A stretch of DNA of 63,127 nt, counting the filler, from Chiloscyllium plagiosum (lineage: Eukaryota), in NCBI RefSeq assembly GCF_004010195.1. It is 6 parts of one record of this genome, joined end to end, with 100 filler letters (N's around TTAATTAATTAA, not from the genome) between each part and the next. Parts side by side here need not be neighbours in the genome. Positions count along the whole stretch, not along the records: positions 1 to 16,552 come from NC_057716.1; 5 more parts are not named here. One strand, written 5' to 3'. Of this stretch, positions 1 through 12,503 are shown piece by piece. A program made the position numbers and the translations under genes. Numbering within the stretch: position 1 is the stretch's first letter; every line of letters begins with the position of its first letter. The notes below the pieces were generated by a model. The model saw only the letters and a program-made list of their open reading frames with translations, was not told the origin of the DNA and searched no databases.

Positions 1-978
1 GTTAATGAAAGCCAAAACACCATATGCTTTCTTAACAACCCTATCCACTTGGGTGGCAACTTTGAGGGATCTATGTACTTGCACACCCAGATCCCTCTGT
101 TCCTCCACACTGCCAACTGTTGCTCAACCAGTTCTTTATCCACCTGCTAGAATACCCTGCATACCATGTGACTTCACTTTCTCCATTAGTCTACCATGGG
201 GAACCTTATCAAACACCTTACTAAAGTCCATGTTTATGACATCTACAGTCCTTCCTTCATCTATCAACTTGGTCACTTCCTCAAAAAGCTCTATTAAGTT
301 GGTAAAGCACGATCTCCCCCACACAAAACCCTGTTGCCCATCACTGATAAGCACATTCTTTTCCAAATATAAATAGATGGGGAACCTTATCAAACACCTT
401 ACTAAAGTCCATGTTTATGACATCTACAGTCCTTCCTTCATCTATCAACTTGGTCACTTCCTCAAAAAGCTCTATTAAGTTGGTAAAGCACGATCTCCCC
501 CACACAAAACCATGTTGCCCATCACTGATAAGCACATTCTTTTCCAAATATAAATAGAGTTTATTCCTCAGTACCTTCTCCAGCAACTTTCCCACCACCA
601 ACGTCAGGCTCACTGGTCTGTAGTTACCCGGAATATCCCTTCTACCCTTCCTGTACAGGGAGACAACATGAGCAACCTTCCAGTCCTCCAGCACCTCACC
701 TGTATTTAAGGATGCTACAAAGATATCTGTCAGGGCCCCAGCTATTTCCTCTCTCGCCTCCCTCAGCAACTTTGGATAGATCCCACCCAGTCCTGGGGAT
801 TTGTCCACCTTAATAACCTCTAGTCTACCCAACGCATCTTCCCTACTTATGTCACCGTGATCCAGACTAACCAAACGTTTTTCTCTAATCTCAACACTCA
901 TCATGTTCCTCTCCTCAGTGAACACTGATGCAAAGTAATCATTCAGAATCTCACCCATTCGCTCAGGTTTGAGACACA
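1..978 (-). mobile_element. CR1-clade LINE fragment (reverse transcriptase region), degenerate
   Basis: ORF 341..979(-) has CR1 RT motifs KSPGLGGIYP, NYRPVSLT, QHGF..GRSC.TNLIE, DFSKVFDKVPH. Confidence 0.9.
196..557. repeat. 181-bp direct tandem duplication inside the CR1 fragment
   Basis: ATGGGGAACCTTATCAAACACC...AAATATAAATAG at 196-376 and again at 377-557; only one substitution noticed. Confidence 0.9.
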
Positions 979-1174
979 ATGTCCAGTGGTCAGTGAGGAC
1001 ACTAAGGTTATCACCAAAAGTGCAGTAACCTCTTCCCTTGCTGCCTGGAGTAACCTTGGGTATATCCTGTCTGGCCCGGGGATTTAACTATTCTCATGTT
1101 TTTCAAACTTTTCAGCACATCCTCCTTCTTAACATCAACCTGTTCGAGTGTATCAGTCTGTTTCACGCTGTTAT

Positions 1175-1674
1175 NNNNNNNNNNNNNNNNNNNNNNNNNN
1201 NNNNNNNNNNNNNNNNNNNNNNNNNNNNNNNNNNNNNNNNNNNNNNNNNNNNNNNNNNNNNNNNNNNNNNNNNNNNNNNNNNNNNNNNNNNNNNNNNNNN
1301 NNNNNNNNNNNNNNNNNNNNNNNNNNNNNNNNNNNNNNNNNNNNNNNNNNNNNNNNNNNNNNNNNNNNNNNNNNNNNNNNNNNNNNNNNNNNNNNNNNNN
1401 NNNNNNNNNNNNNNNNNNNNNNNNNNNNNNNNNNNNNNNNNNNNNNNNNNNNNNNNNNNNNNNNNNNNNNNNNNNNNNNNNNNNNNNNNNNNNNNNNNNN
1501 NNNNNNNNNNNNNNNNNNNNNNNNNNNNNNNNNNNNNNNNNNNNNNNNNNNNNNNNNNNNNNNNNNNNNNNNNNNNNNNNNNNNNNNNNNNNNNNNNNNN
1601 NNNNNNNNNNNNNNNNNNNNNNNNNNNNNNNNNNNNNNNNNNNNNNNNNNNNNNNNNNNNNNNNNNNNNNNNNN
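1175..1674. other. Assembly gap (500 N)
   Basis: Run of N. Confidence 1.
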
Positions 1675-1810
1675 AGCGGATATACAGTTGAAAGCGAACC
1701 CTACGCCACCATCTTTGGAGAGCGGGTTAGTGGTGCGCGTGATCACCTTGCACTTATCAGGGTTAAATACCATCTGCCAAAGCTCTGCTCATCTGATCAA
1801 CCCATTATAC

Positions 1811-2547
1811 TGTTATGAAGGTGTAGAGTTATTGTACCTTTAAGAGAGTTGAAAAGCTAGCAAGGACAAAGCACACAGAGTCTGGGACAAGGTAACAGTG
1901 TAACACTTGATCGAAACCAAAAGTACAGCTGTGTTGCTATGATACAAAAAAAAATTCAAATTCAGCCAATCAGTTTAAATTATGCCCCAACATACCAGAA
2001 TCCAATCAAATTTGAATTTAGTAATTTGATAATATTAAAACCAATGAAACGATCTGAAGTTTTGGGGTATAAAACCGGACATTTTGAACAGTTAGCGGGA
2101 GAACTGCCAAGCCACACTCTCACCACCAATAAATACAGACTGCCAACAGAACAGCTCTCTGAAACGTACCTGTCTATAAAACATTTGTGCAGCAGAACAC
2201 CGAAAAGACAGAGGAAAATCTGCAGAGGACGATACAAAAAGAAGATTCGACAGCTGGCTGGTTTTGAAAGTTGAATATTTTTGTAAATCTTAATTGGGAT
2301 TTTTCTTATCAGACTAGTGTTGTAGAGCGGGAGGCAAAAGACAGGTTTAAGAGAAAAGAGTTGTAAATAGTTGTTGGTTTTAATATTCTCTGTTGGACTT
2401 AAAGAATAAAGTTGTTAATTTTTACTTTAAATAGTGACCTCTGGGATAGTTCTTTGCCTCTCGAATTTTAACAGATTACAGCACAGGGTCAATCTTTTCT
2501 GTGTTGCTAGTTTAAATTAGCAGAGGGGTTTACCCTGTGTCGTAAGT
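1811..2547 (+). mobile_element. Solo LTR (same family as 33971-34735), decayed 3' end
   Basis: Starts TGTTATGAAG, ends GTCGTAAGT (TAACA expected); flanks ATAC/ATAT; ends match the reverse complement of 33971-34735. Confidence 0.7.
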
Positions 2548-2762
2548 ATATCTTCCTGTGACTTGCAACCATCTTTGCTATAGACCACTCTACTGATCTT
2601 GGTGTTGTTTGCAAATTTGCTTCACATTCCCCCCATATTTTCGTCTCCATCACCAATCCTGATCCTTGTGGTACATCGCTGGACACCGGGCTCCAGTCAC
2701 TCAAACCACCTTTTACTACTCCCCTTTGTGTCCTGTTACTAAGCAAGTTTCTGATCTATCAC

Positions 2763-2881
2763 ATTCCTGATCTGATTCCTGAAGAAGGGCTCATGCCCGA
2801 AACGTCGATTCTCCTGCTCCTTGGATGATGCCTGACCTGCTGTGCTTTTCCAGCAACACATTTTCAGCTCTGATCTATCAC
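2763..2881 (+). mobile_element. Short hammerhead-bearing non-autonomous element (retrozyme/PLE-like)
   Basis: CTGAAGA-A-GGGC-TCAT-GCCC-GAAACGTC at 2779-2806; direct repeat TCTGATCTATCAC at 2750-2762 and 2869-2881. Confidence 0.75.
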
Positions 2882-3284
2882 GACAAATTTCACTCAGATC
2901 TATATGCTTTAACCTTCTCAATCAGTATCCAATATGGGACCTTATCAAAGGCTTTGGTAAAATTCATATAATATTTTCACTTGATCACATTTTCAAAAAA
3001 ATTCTAACAAATTTGTTAGGCATTATCTCTCTCCGATAAAGCTATGCTGACTGTCCCTAATTAATCCATGCCTTTCGAGTGGGTATTAATTCGCTCCTTC
3101 AGAATTTTTTCCAATAGTTTTCTGACCACTGACATAAGACTCACCGCTCTGGAATTTCCTGGTTCATCTTTAACATCCTTCTTGAAAATTGGAATCACAT
3201 TAGCTGTCCTCCAGTTCCCTGGCATTTCCCCTGTGGCCAGAGAAGAATTAAAAATTTGTCGTCAGAAAACAAAGAACGAAGAAG

Positions 3285-5010
3285 AATAAAGAACAATACA
3301 GCACAGGAACAGGCCCTTCGGCCCTCAAGCTTGTGCTGACACATTTTGCCCTTCCATACTAATACTGCCTTCCCTTACAGGATCCGTATCCCTCTATTTA
3401 CTTCCTATTCATGTAATTGTCCAAATGCTTCTTGAATGCTGCTATTGTGTCTGCTTCCACCACCTCCTCTGGCGACATGTTCCAAGCACTCTCTATCCTT
3501 TGTGTGAAAACTTGCCTCGCACATCTCTTTTAAACATTCCCCCCTCACACCTTGAACCCACGTCCCCTCGTAATTGACCATTCCACCCTGGGAAAAAGCT
3601 TCATACTTTCCATTCTATCAATGCCATTCACAACCTTATAATCTTCTAACAGGTCGCCCCTCAACCTCCTACATTCCAGAAAAAATAAACCCAGTCTATC
3701 CAACCTTTCTTCATAGTTAAAATCCTCCATACCAGGCAACATCCTGGTAAACCTTTTTTTGTACTGTCTCCAAAGTATCTACATCCTTCTGGTAGTGTGG
3801 TGATCAGAACTGTCCATAATATTCCAAGTGTGGCTTAACTAAAGTTCTATAAAACTGCAGCAAAACTTGTTTATCCTTTTACTCAATGCCCCTTCTAATT
3901 AAGGCAAACATGCCATAAGCCTTTTTCTCTCCCTATCTACCTGTGCTGCCACCTTCAGTGATCTATGGACCTGCACACCCAGATCCCTCTGCATATCAAT
4001 ACTCCTAAGGGTTGTGCCATGCACTGTCTCATTTCCACCTGTACTTGACTTTCCAAAATGCATCACCTCACATTTGTTTGGGTTAAATTCCATCTGCCAT
4101 TTTTCTACCCAAGCCTCTAACTGATCTATATCCTGTTGTATCCTCTGACAATCCTCCATACTATCTGCAACTCCACCAATCTTTGCATTGTCCACAAACT
4201 TATTAATTTGACCCTGTCTTCCATGACTAAACCAGTTCTGTATCCATCTTGCCAGCTCACCCCAATACCATGTGACTTCACCTTTTGTACCAGTCTGCCC
4301 TGATGGACCTTGTCAAAGGCTTTACTGAGGTCCATGACAACCACATCAGCTGCTTTTCCCTCATCAATCATCTTTTTTCACCTCCTCAAAAAACTCGACC
4401 TTCCCCACACAAACCCATGCTGTCTATCGCTAATCAGTCCGTTTGCTTCTTAATGTGCATAGATCTTGTCTCTGAGAACCTTTTCCAATAATTTCCCTAC
4501 CACTAACATCAGGCTCACGGGCCTGTACTTTCCAGGATTGTCCCGTATACCCTTCTTAAACAAATGCACAACATTAACTATTCTCCAGTCCTCTGGGACC
4601 TCACCTGTGGCCAAAGAGGATACAAAGATGTTTGTCAATGCTCCAGCAATTTGTTCTGTTGCCTCCCTCAATATTCTGGGATAGATCCCATCAGGACCCA
4701 GGGACTTAACTATCTTAATACTTTTTAAGATGCACAACACCTCTCCTTTTTAACAGCAACTTGGCTTAGAAATTTGACACACCCTTTCCTGAGATCATCC
4801 TCCACCAATACCTTCTCGTTGATCAATACCGACACAAAGTATTAGTTTAGGCCCTCACCTACCTCTCCTGGCTCCACACATAGATTTCCTTCTTTGTCCT
4901 TGAGTGGTCCAACCCTTTCTCTGGTTATCATCTTGCTTTTCATATATGTATAAAGAGCCTTGGGATTCTCCTTTAATCCTGTTTGCTAATGACTATTTAT
5001 GACCTCTTTC
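3285..5010 (-). mobile_element. CR1-clade LINE 3' half (RT, C-terminus and 3' tail), frameshifted
   Basis: ORFs 4450..4740, 3899..4195, 3545..3742(-) with KSLGPDGIYP, WQMEFNPNKCEVMHFG, RRLRGDL motifs; boundaries approximate. Confidence 0.85.
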
Positions 5011-5019
5011 TGGGAGGAT

Positions 5020-7010
5020 TCTTGGAGGAGCTGTGTTAGTCACTGCCCAGGAGTAAGTAAAAGGAAGGCTAGCTATAGCGGAGCGGCCATTTTGAGAAGA
5101 GCTGCTTCCTGGTGGTTTAAGTGTAGGTTTAAGTGAATACCTAGCTTCAGTGAGGAGGGCAAGTAGCAGTGAGTTAAGGTAGTCAGAGGAGGAGCAAACT
5201 ACAACAGTTGCTGAAGACACGAGGGTAAAGCAGAAGTGGAAAGAAGTTTAACTGTGAAACTACAGGCAACAGGTAAGTGAGTGGCTGGTGAGAAGTTCTA
5301 ACTGCTTTGGATTCTGCTGGGGGAGATGGCTCCAGGGGTAGGAGGCAGCAGCTGGGTTCATGGCACTGTGGCTGACTCTGCTACACAGGAGGGCAGAGAA
5401 AAAGAGAGAAAGAGCGATAGTGATAAGGGATTCAGGTGTAAGGGGAATAGATAGGTGTTTGTGCAGCTCTAAACAAGAGTCCAGGATAGTATGTTGCCTC
5501 TCTGGTGCAAGGGTCTAGGAGGTCTCGGAGCGACTGCAGGGCATTCTGGGGGAGGATGAACTCCCAGCTGTTCTAGTGCATATAGGCATCAATGATATTG
5601 GTAACAAAAGGGGATGAGGTCCCACAAGAGGAATTTAGGAAGTTAGGAGTAAAACTAAAAAGTAGGACCTCAAAGGTAGTAATCTCAGGATTGCTACCAG
5701 TGCCATGTGCTAGTCAGCATCAGAATGGCAGGATAGCTCAGATGAATATGTGGCTTGAAGGATGGAGCAAGAGGGAGGAATTCAAATTCCTGGGACATTG
5801 GAACTGGTTCTGAGGGAATTGGGACCAGTACAAATCAGAGGTCTGCACCTAGGTAGGACTAGAACCAATGTCCAAGGGAGACCGTTTGCTAGTGCTGTTA
5901 GGACTAATATGGTTTCAACTAATATGGTAGGGGGATGGAAACCAATGCAGGAAGTTGGAGGGAAGTGAAGCAGGGACAGAAATAAAAGGACAGTGACGGG
6001 AAAAGTGGAAGTGGAAGGCAGAGAAACCAAAAACAACAATCAAAAAGGGCCACATTTCATAATGATTCTAAAGGGCGATAAATGTCAAAAAAATGAGCCT
6101 GAAGACTTTGTGCCTCAGTGCAAGGAGCACTTGTAATAAGGTGGATGAATTACCTGCACAGATTCTGGATTAGTGGTGCTGGAAGAGCACAGCAGTTCAG
6201 GCAGCATCCGAGGAGCAGTAAAATCGACGTTTCAGGCGAAAACTCTTCATCAGGAATAGAGGCCTGCACAGACAGTTATTAATGGTTATGGTGTAATTGG
6301 GATCACAGAGATCTGTCTCCAGGGTGACCAAGGATGGGAACTCACTGCCCAGGGTTATTCAATTTTCTGGAAAGACAGACAGAAAGGAAAAGGAGGTAGG
6401 GAAGAGTTGCTGGTTAAGGAGGAGATTAACACAATAGTAAGGGAGGACATTAGCCTGGACAATGTGAGATCTGTATGGGTGGAGTTGTGGAACACCAAGG
6501 GGGAAAAAGACATTAGCAGGAGTTGTGTAAAGGACACCAAACAGTATTTGTGATGTTGGGGACTGTATCAAACAGGAAACTAGAGATGTATGCAGTAAGG
6601 GTACAGCAGTTATTATGGGTGACTTCAATCTATATGTTGATTGGACTAATCAAACCTCGACTAGGTATTGTGTATTGAGACAGGATTAATTATCAACATT
6701 GTGGCAGGAGATCCGTTGGGGAAGAGTGACCATAATATGGTAGAATTCTTCAATAAGATGGAGAGTGACCCAATTGAATCAGAAACTAAAGAAAGCTAGC
6801 TTTGATAGTATGAGGCATGCATTGGCGAGGAGAAACTGGCCAAGGATACCGAAGGTGTTGACAGTGGATTGGCAATGGCAGACATTTAAAGAACACCTGG
6901 ATGAACTTCAACAATTGTCCATCCCTGTGTGTTGTAAGAGTAAAACAGGGAAAGTGGCTCACCCGTGCTAATCAGGGAAATCAGGGCTAGTGTTAAAGCC
7001 AAAGAGGAGA
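5020..7010 (+). mobile_element. CR1-clade LINE 5' part: ORF1 esterase remnant plus APE endonuclease remnant
   Basis: KLKSRTSKVVISGLLPVP (SGNH-esterase ORF1); downstream SVWVEL, MGDFN and SDHN endonuclease motifs readable in the DNA; boundaries approximate. Confidence 0.75.
6163..6262 (-). mobile_element. Short hammerhead-bearing element
   Basis: Reverse complement contains CCTGATGAAGAGTTTTCGCCTGAAACGTC; 10-bp TSD CCTGCACAGA at 6153-6162 and 6263-6272. Confidence 0.75.
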
Positions 7011-8342
7011 AACCTTTTCACACAGAGGGCAGTGCATTCATGGAATGAGCTACCAGAGGAAGTGGTGGAGGCTGGTACAATTACAACATTTAAGTGGCAT
7101 CTGGATGGAGGCATGAATAGGAGGGATGTGGGCTGGAAAATAGGACTAGGTTAGTTTAGGATATCTGGTCAGCATGGACGAGTTGGACTGAAGGGGCTGT
7201 TTCTGTGCTGTACACCTCTATGATTTACATAAATTGGGCCAGAAAAGGCAGCAAACCCAAGGACTGATAGAAATTTAAAATTTAGCACAGGAGTACAAAG
7301 GAGTATAAACACTGACTGCAAAAGCTTCTCTCAATATAGAACACAAAACAGTACATCACTGTCCAGGCCCTTCAGCCCATGACGTTGTGCCAAACATTTA
7401 TCTTAATCTAAGATCAACGTAATCTACACACCTCTCAATTTACTGCCGTTCATGGGCGCGTCCAGCAGTCACTTAAATGTCCCTAATGTCTCTGACTCTA
7501 CTACCACCGCTGGCAGTGCATTCCACGCACTCACCACTCTTTGCGTAAAGAACCTACCTCTGACATCTCCCCTATAACTTCCTCCAATCACCTTAAAATT
7601 ATGACCCCTCATGACAGCCATTTCTACCCTGGGGAAAAGTCTCTGGTTTTCTACTCTATCTATGCCTCTCATTATCGTGTACACCTCTATCAAGTCACCA
7701 CTTTTCCTTCTTCTCTCCAGTGTAACAAGCCCTAGCTCACTCAACCTCTCTTCATAAAATAAGCCCTCCAATCCAGGCAGCATCTTGGTAAATCTCCTTT
7801 GCACCCTTTCTAAAGCATCTACATCCTTCCTGTAATGAGGCAACCAGAACTGGACATAATATTCCAAGTGTGGTCTAACCAGGGTTTCACAGAGCTGCAG
7901 CAAAACCTTGTGGATCTTAAACTCAATCCCCATTAATGAAAGCCAAGACACCATACGCTTTCTTAACAACTCTATCAACTTGGGTGGCAACACTGAGGGA
8001 CCTATGTACGTGGATCCAAAGATTCCGCTGTTCCTCCACACTGCCATGAGCATTCAAATTCGACCTTCCAAAATGAATCACTTCACATTTATCCAGGTTG
8101 AACTCCATCTGCCACTTCTCAGCCCAGCTCTACATCCTGTCAATGTCTTGTTGTAGCCTGCAACAGCTCTCGACACCATCTATAACACTACTGACATTTG
8201 TGTCATCAGCAAATTCACTAATCCACCCGTCCACTTCTTTATCCAAGTCATTTATAAAAACTACAAAGAGCAGAGACCCAAGAACAGATCTCTGTGGGAC
8301 ATCACTGGCCACTGACCTCCAGGCGGAATACTTTCCATCCAT

Positions 8343-8555
8343 GGGTTTAGATTAGAGTGGTGCTGGAAAAGCACAGCAGGTCAGGAGACATCCGAGGAAC
8401 AGGAAAATCGACGTTTCGGACAAAAGCCTGATGAAGGGCTTTTGCCCGAAACGTCGATTTTCCTGCTCCTGGGATGCTGCCTGACCTGCTGTGCTTTTCC
8501 AGCACCACCCTAATCTAAACTCTGGTTTCCAGCATCTGCAGTCCTCACTTTTGCC
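8343..8555. mobile_element. Inverted-dimer hammerhead element
   Basis: Minus arm ~8345-8427 joined to plus arm 8428-8555 (CTGATGA-A-GGGC-TTTT-GCCC-GAAACGTC at 8428-8455); 14-bp TSD TACTTTCCATCCAT at 8329-8342 and 8556-8569. Confidence 0.8.
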
Positions 8556-8582
8556 TACTTTCCATCCATTACCACTCATTTT

Positions 8583-8903
8583 GGGTGGCACAGTGGGTAG
8601 CACTGCTGCCTCATAGCACCAGTAACCTGGGTTCAATTCCCGCACTGGGTGACTGTTTGTGTGGAGTTTGCACATTCTCCCCGTGTCTGCGTGGGTTTCC
8701 TCTGGGTGCTCCAGTTTCCTCCCACTGTCCAAAGTGTGCTGGCCAGATGAATTGGCCATGCTAAATCGTCCATTGTGTTAGGTCCGTTAGTCAGGGGTAA
8801 ATATAGGGTAGGGGAATGGTCTGGGTGGGTTACTCTTCGGATGGTTGGTGTGGACTTGTTGGGCTGAAGGGCCTGTTTCCATACTATAGGGAATCTAATC
8901 TAA
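8583..8903 (+). mobile_element. HE1-type tRNA-derived V-SINE
   Basis: A-box-like GGTGGCACAGTGG, B-box-like GGTTCAATTCC, core TGTGGAGTTTGCACATTCTCCCCGTG, CR1-like 3' end with AATCT tail. Confidence 0.85.
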
Positions 8904-9964
8904 AGTCACTGTATTCTTTTGGCCAGTCAATTATGTATCTAGACAGCCAAAACTCCCTGTATCCCATATCTCCTAACTTTCTGAATGAGCCCACCATGGG
9001 GAACCTTATCAAATGCCTTACTGAAATCCATATACACCACATCCACTGCTTGACCATAGTCAACTTGTCTCGTCACATCCTCAAAGAAGTCAATAAGGTT
9101 TGTGAGGCATGACCTGCCTTCACAAAGCCATGCTGACTAACTTTAATCAAACTATGTTTTTCCAAATAGTCATAAATCCTATCTCTCAGAATTCTTTCCA
9201 GTACCTTGCTTACCACAGGCGTAAGACTGGCTGGTCTGTAATTCCTGGGATTTCCCTATTCCCTTTCTTGAACAGAGGAACAACATTCACCTCCCTCCAA
9301 TCATCTAGTACTACTCCCGTGGAGAGTGAGGATGCAAAGATCATCGCCAGAGGCACAGCAATCTCATTCCTCACTTCCAATAGTAACCTTGGATATATCT
9401 GGTCCAGACCTGGGGATTTATCTATCTTGATGCTTCCCAGAGTTTCAAGCACATCCACTTTTTTAATATCAATCTATTAAAGCCAATTAACCTGGTCCAT
9501 GGCGTTCTCACTATCAACAAGGTCCCTCTCTCTAGTGAATACGGAAGCAAAAAACTCATTTATGACCTCCCCTACCTCTTCAGGTTCCAGGCACAAGTTC
9601 CCTCCACTGTTCCTGATTGACCCTACCCTGCCTCTGGTTATTCATTTATTTATTATAGACATGTAGAATGCCTTTGGTTTTCCCTAATCCTTCCTGCCAA
9701 GGCATTTTCGTGCTCTCTCCTAGCACCCCTCAGTCCATTTTTGAGTTCTTTCTTAGCTACCCTGTAATCCTGTAAAGCTGTGCCAGATCCTTGCTTCCTC
9801 AACCTTAAGTAAGCTTCCTTTTTCCTCTTGACGAGAAGCTCCTCTTCTCTTGTCATCCAAGGCTCCTTCACCTTACCATTCCTTGCCTGTCTCAGTGGGG
9901 CAAAGTTATCTAACACTCGCAAAAAGCGCTCCATAAACGGCATCCACATTTCTGTTGTCATTTC

Positions 9965-10440
9965 CCTTCCACTGACACACTCATTCGATTGGCTGAACTG
10001 GTCCTCAACAATGTCTGCTTTGAATCCTTTGTCCACTTTCTCCAGACCAAAGGGGTAGCCATGGGCACCCGCATGGGCCCCAGCAATGCCTGCCTCTTCG
10101 TTGGATATGTGGAACAGTCCATGTTCCGCAGCTGCACTGGCACCATTTACCACCTTTCCCTCTGTTACACCAATGACTGTATTGGCGCCACCTCGTGCTC
10201 CGGTGACTAACTCAACACGAACTTCAAGTTCAAACGCACCAACTCCCACAGCTACCTGGACGACACCTCCTCCCACCACCACCCCCCCCCCCCCCCCCCA
10301 AACTTGTGAAAACATTATCTATTATTCCCAATTCCTTCACCTCCACTGTATCTGCTCCCAGGAGGACCAACCTCACCATGGAACATTCCAGGTGGCCTCC
10401 TTCTTCAAGGACCACAATTCCCACCTACCCTCCCCACCTC
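9965..10440 (+). mobile_element. Penelope-like element RT fragment (second family), degenerate
   Basis: ORF 9989..10210 FLQTKGVAMGTRMGPSNACLFVG, a PLE RT motif; later YSQFL..ICS. Confidence 0.7.
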
Positions 10441-10921
10441 AGACAGAGGTTGAGAGGGGTCTTGATTGAGGTCTACAAAATCATGAGAGGTGCAGACAGG
10501 GTGAATAGCAAGAAGCTTTTTCCCAGAGTCAGGGTCTCAATTACGAGGAGTCATGAATTCAAGGTGAGAGAGGAAAGGTTTAGGGGAGATATCCATGGAA
10601 AGCTCTTTATGCAGAGGGTAGTGGGTACCTGGAATGCATTGCTAGTGGAGGTGGTAGAGGCTGGCACGATAGCATCATTAAAGGTATATCGAGACAGGTA
10701 CGTGAATGGACAGAGAGTAGAGGGATATAGATCCTTAGAAAATAGGTGAAGGGTTTAGATAGAGGATCTGGATCAGTGCGGGCTTGGAGAGCTGAAGGGC
10801 CTGTTCCTGCGCTGTAATTTTCTTTGTTGTTTGTTAGATTCTAGAAGAGTTCCAATGGACTAGAAAGTAGCTAATGTAACCCCACTCTTTAAAAAGGGAG
10901 AGGGACAGGAAATATGAATTT

Positions 10922-11224
10922 GATTAGATTACCTACAGTATGGAAACAGGTCCTTCGGCCCAACAAGTCCACACTGACCCTCCGAAGAGTAACCCCACCC
11001 AGACCCATTCCCCTATCCTCTATCCTGACTAATACACCTAGCACTACGGGCAATTTAGCATGGCCAATTCACCTGACCTGCACATCTTTGGACTGTGAGA
11101 GGAAACCGGAGCACCCGGAGGAAACCCAGGCAGACACAGGGAGAATGTGCAAACTCCACACAGACAGTTGCCTGAGGCTAGAATCGAACTTGGGTCCCTG
11201 GCGCTGTGAGCCACCGTGCCGCCC
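10922..11224 (-). mobile_element. HE1-type V-SINE
   Basis: Reverse complement of the same SINE consensus as 8583-8903. Confidence 0.85.
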
Positions 11225-11862
11225 AAAATTATAGGGTGGTTAGCCTGACATGAGTAGTGGGAACTGAGTATTTCGAAAGCAGTGACAGAATCGGTTCTAG
11301 TCAGCATGGATTCTATAAAGGGAAATCATGTTTGACGAATCTTCTGGAATTTTTTGAGGATGTGACCAGTAGAATGGACAAGGGTGAATCAGTAGATCTT
11401 GAGTATCTGGACTTTCAAAAACTTTTCACAAGGTTCCACACAAGAAATTAGTAAGGAAAATTAAAGCTCATGGCATCAGAGGTAATGCATTGACATGGAT
11501 AGAGAACTGGTTGGCAGGCAGGAAGCAGAGAATTAGAATAAACAGGTTCTTTTCAGAGTGGCTGGTAGTGGGATACCGCAGGGTTCAGTGCTTGAATCCC
11601 AGTTCACAATATACATTAAAGATTTGGACGAAGGAATTGAATGCAATATGTCCAAACTGCAGCTGACACTAAGCTGGGTGGCAGTTTGTGCTGTGAGGAT
11701 GTTGCTAAGAGGCTGCAGCGTGACTTGGACTGGCTGGCTGAGTGGGCAAATAGTTGCAATATAATGCAGATAAATGTGAGGTTATCCACTTTGGTCACAA
11801 AAACAGGAACGCAAATTATTACCTGAATGATGGCAACTTAGGAAAAGGTGAGGTGCAACAAT

Positions 11863-12200
11863 AGGGGAGGCAATGGTCTAATGGTATTATTGCTGGACTG
11901 TTAAACCAGACACCCAGATAATGAGCTGAGGACCTAGGTTCAAATTCTGCCTCGGCGAATGGTGGAATATGAATTCAATAAAAAACTCTGGAATTAAGAG
12001 CCTAATGAATCCATTGTCGATTGTTAGAAAAACCCATCTGGGTTCACTAATATCCTTTAGGGAAGGAAATTGAGATCCTTACCTGGTCTGGCCTACATAT
12101 GACTCCAGACCCACAGCAATGTGGTTGATTCCTAACTGCCCTCTGGGTGATTAATGCTGCTGAGCCTGTGATGTCCTCATCCCATGAATGAATAAAAAGA
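11863..12200 (+). mobile_element. tRNA-derived SINE, probably SacSINE1/Deu-SINE-like
   Basis: GGTTCAAATTC B-box-like motif; central GGTTCACTAAT..CCTTTAGGGAAGGAAAT..CCTTACCTGGTCTGGCCTACAT block; A-rich tail; family name from recall only. Confidence 0.55.
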
Positions 12201-12328
12201 AAGGCCTGGGTGTCATAGTGGAGCGGTCGCTGAAGGCTGGCATGCAGGTGCAGCAGGCAGGGAGGAAAGCTAATGGTACGCTGGCCTCCATAGCAAGAGG
12301 GTTTGAGCAAGGATGTCTGGTGTTGGAC

Positions 12329-12503
12329 AAAGTTAAAAATCACACAACACCAGGTTATAGTCCTACAGTTTATTTGGAAGTACTAGCTTTCACAGTGCCG
12401 CTCCTTCATCAACTAGCTACTTGACGAAGGAGCAGTGCTCTGAAAGCTAGTATTTCCAAATAAACTTGTTGGACTATAATCTGGTGTTATAATTTTTAAC
12501 CTT
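12329..12503. mobile_element. Palindromic ~175-bp insertion with a degenerate hammerhead-like core in each arm
   Basis: AAGTTAAAAATCACACAACACCAGGTTATAGTCC... mirrored by ...GGACTATAATCTGGTGTTATAATTTTTAACCTT; core TGACGAAGGAGCAGTGCTCTGAAAGCTAG; interrupts CR1 RT sequence. Confidence 0.65.

Larger units (their letters stand above)
7335..9960 (-). mobile_element. CR1-clade LINE (RT to 3' tail), interrupted by a hammerhead element and a SINE
   Basis: ORFs 7469..8053, 8130..8342, 9210..9458(-): LVRPHLEY.VQFW, FADDT, KSPGLDQIYP. Confidence 0.85.

Noticed and set aside
1038..1843. Long ORFs across poly-N (also 47630..48157 and others)
   Set aside because: Open only because of N runs
8352..8759. 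Recurrent peptides such as CWKSTAGQAASKEQENRRF and GRKPEHPEETHADTGR in many ORFs
   Set aside because: Translations of non-coding repeats (hammerhead element and HE1 SINE), not a protein family
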